Below, piece after piece: positions 63,908 to 64,000 of a stretch of DNA of 64,000 nt. Positions within the stretch are counted from its first letter, which is position 1. The number at the start of each line of letters is the position of its first letter. Source of the stretch: Escherichia phage vB_EcoM-LTH01; the sequence record PP430345. One strand, 5' to 3'. Position numbers and translations under genes: made by a program. Below the pieces are notes generated by a model. The model worked only from the letters and a program-made list of their open reading frames with translations, did not search any database and had not been told where the DNA came from.

Positions 63908-64000
63908 GCTTACATAGGAAAACAATCGCCATCCCCACGGCGTAAAGGCGGGGCTAACATACCAGGCATCGCCGCCAGGTTGTAAGGTGGATCGCCGGTA

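Overview
This window reads as a ~64 kb segment of a large virulent tailed phage (about 40% GC), with no rRNA, tRNA, CRISPR array, integrase or transposase found by eye. All functional calls are from motif recognition by eye; no database search was run.

Positions 1-49364 are a densely packed + strand block of about 100 genes with strong Shine-Dalgarno (SD) sites, often ATGA/TAATG overlaps, and frequent GTG/TTG starts. Recognisable products: T4 gp30-like ATP-dependent DNA ligase, NADAR-family protein, HNH-like zinc-finger protein, FEN-like 5'-3' exonuclease, RuvC-like resolvase, T4 endonuclease VII-like resolvase, DEDD exonuclease with an HTH, dNMP kinase, HAD nucleotidase, ThyX, NrdA, NrdB, glutaredoxin, M15 peptidase, PhoH, NrdD, NrdG, DprA/Smf-like protein, ClpP-like protease, a short Dam-type N6-adenine methyltransferase and a CCA-adding tRNA nucleotidyltransferase.

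The candidates for an undescribed system are:
- a tRNA-end-centred gene neighbourhood (29977-35986): CCA enzyme, putative PTH2-like hydrolase, Pol-beta-type nucleotidyltransferase and a minimal class-II aaRS-like protein;
- a cluster of seven small paralogs sharing a C-terminal acidic/ALFPE-like motif (36698-40576);
- four tandem paralogous RCC1-like glycine-rich repeat proteins (42045-46714);
- a 1.7 kb ORF-free, repeat-rich region (49405-51119) bracketed by convergent terminators, with CCAA-N-TGT iterons, a G-tract and nested inverted repeats;
- a minus-strand array of about 38 small genes (51120-63401) in compact units of sigma70-like promoter plus GC-rich palindrome plus strong SD, resembling a host-takeover early region.

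Gene starts were re-assigned where the ORF-track start ran through an upstream hairpin or overlapped the previous gene by tens of nucleotides. Coordinates of small ORFs and regulatory elements not anchored to the track may be off by 1-2 nt.
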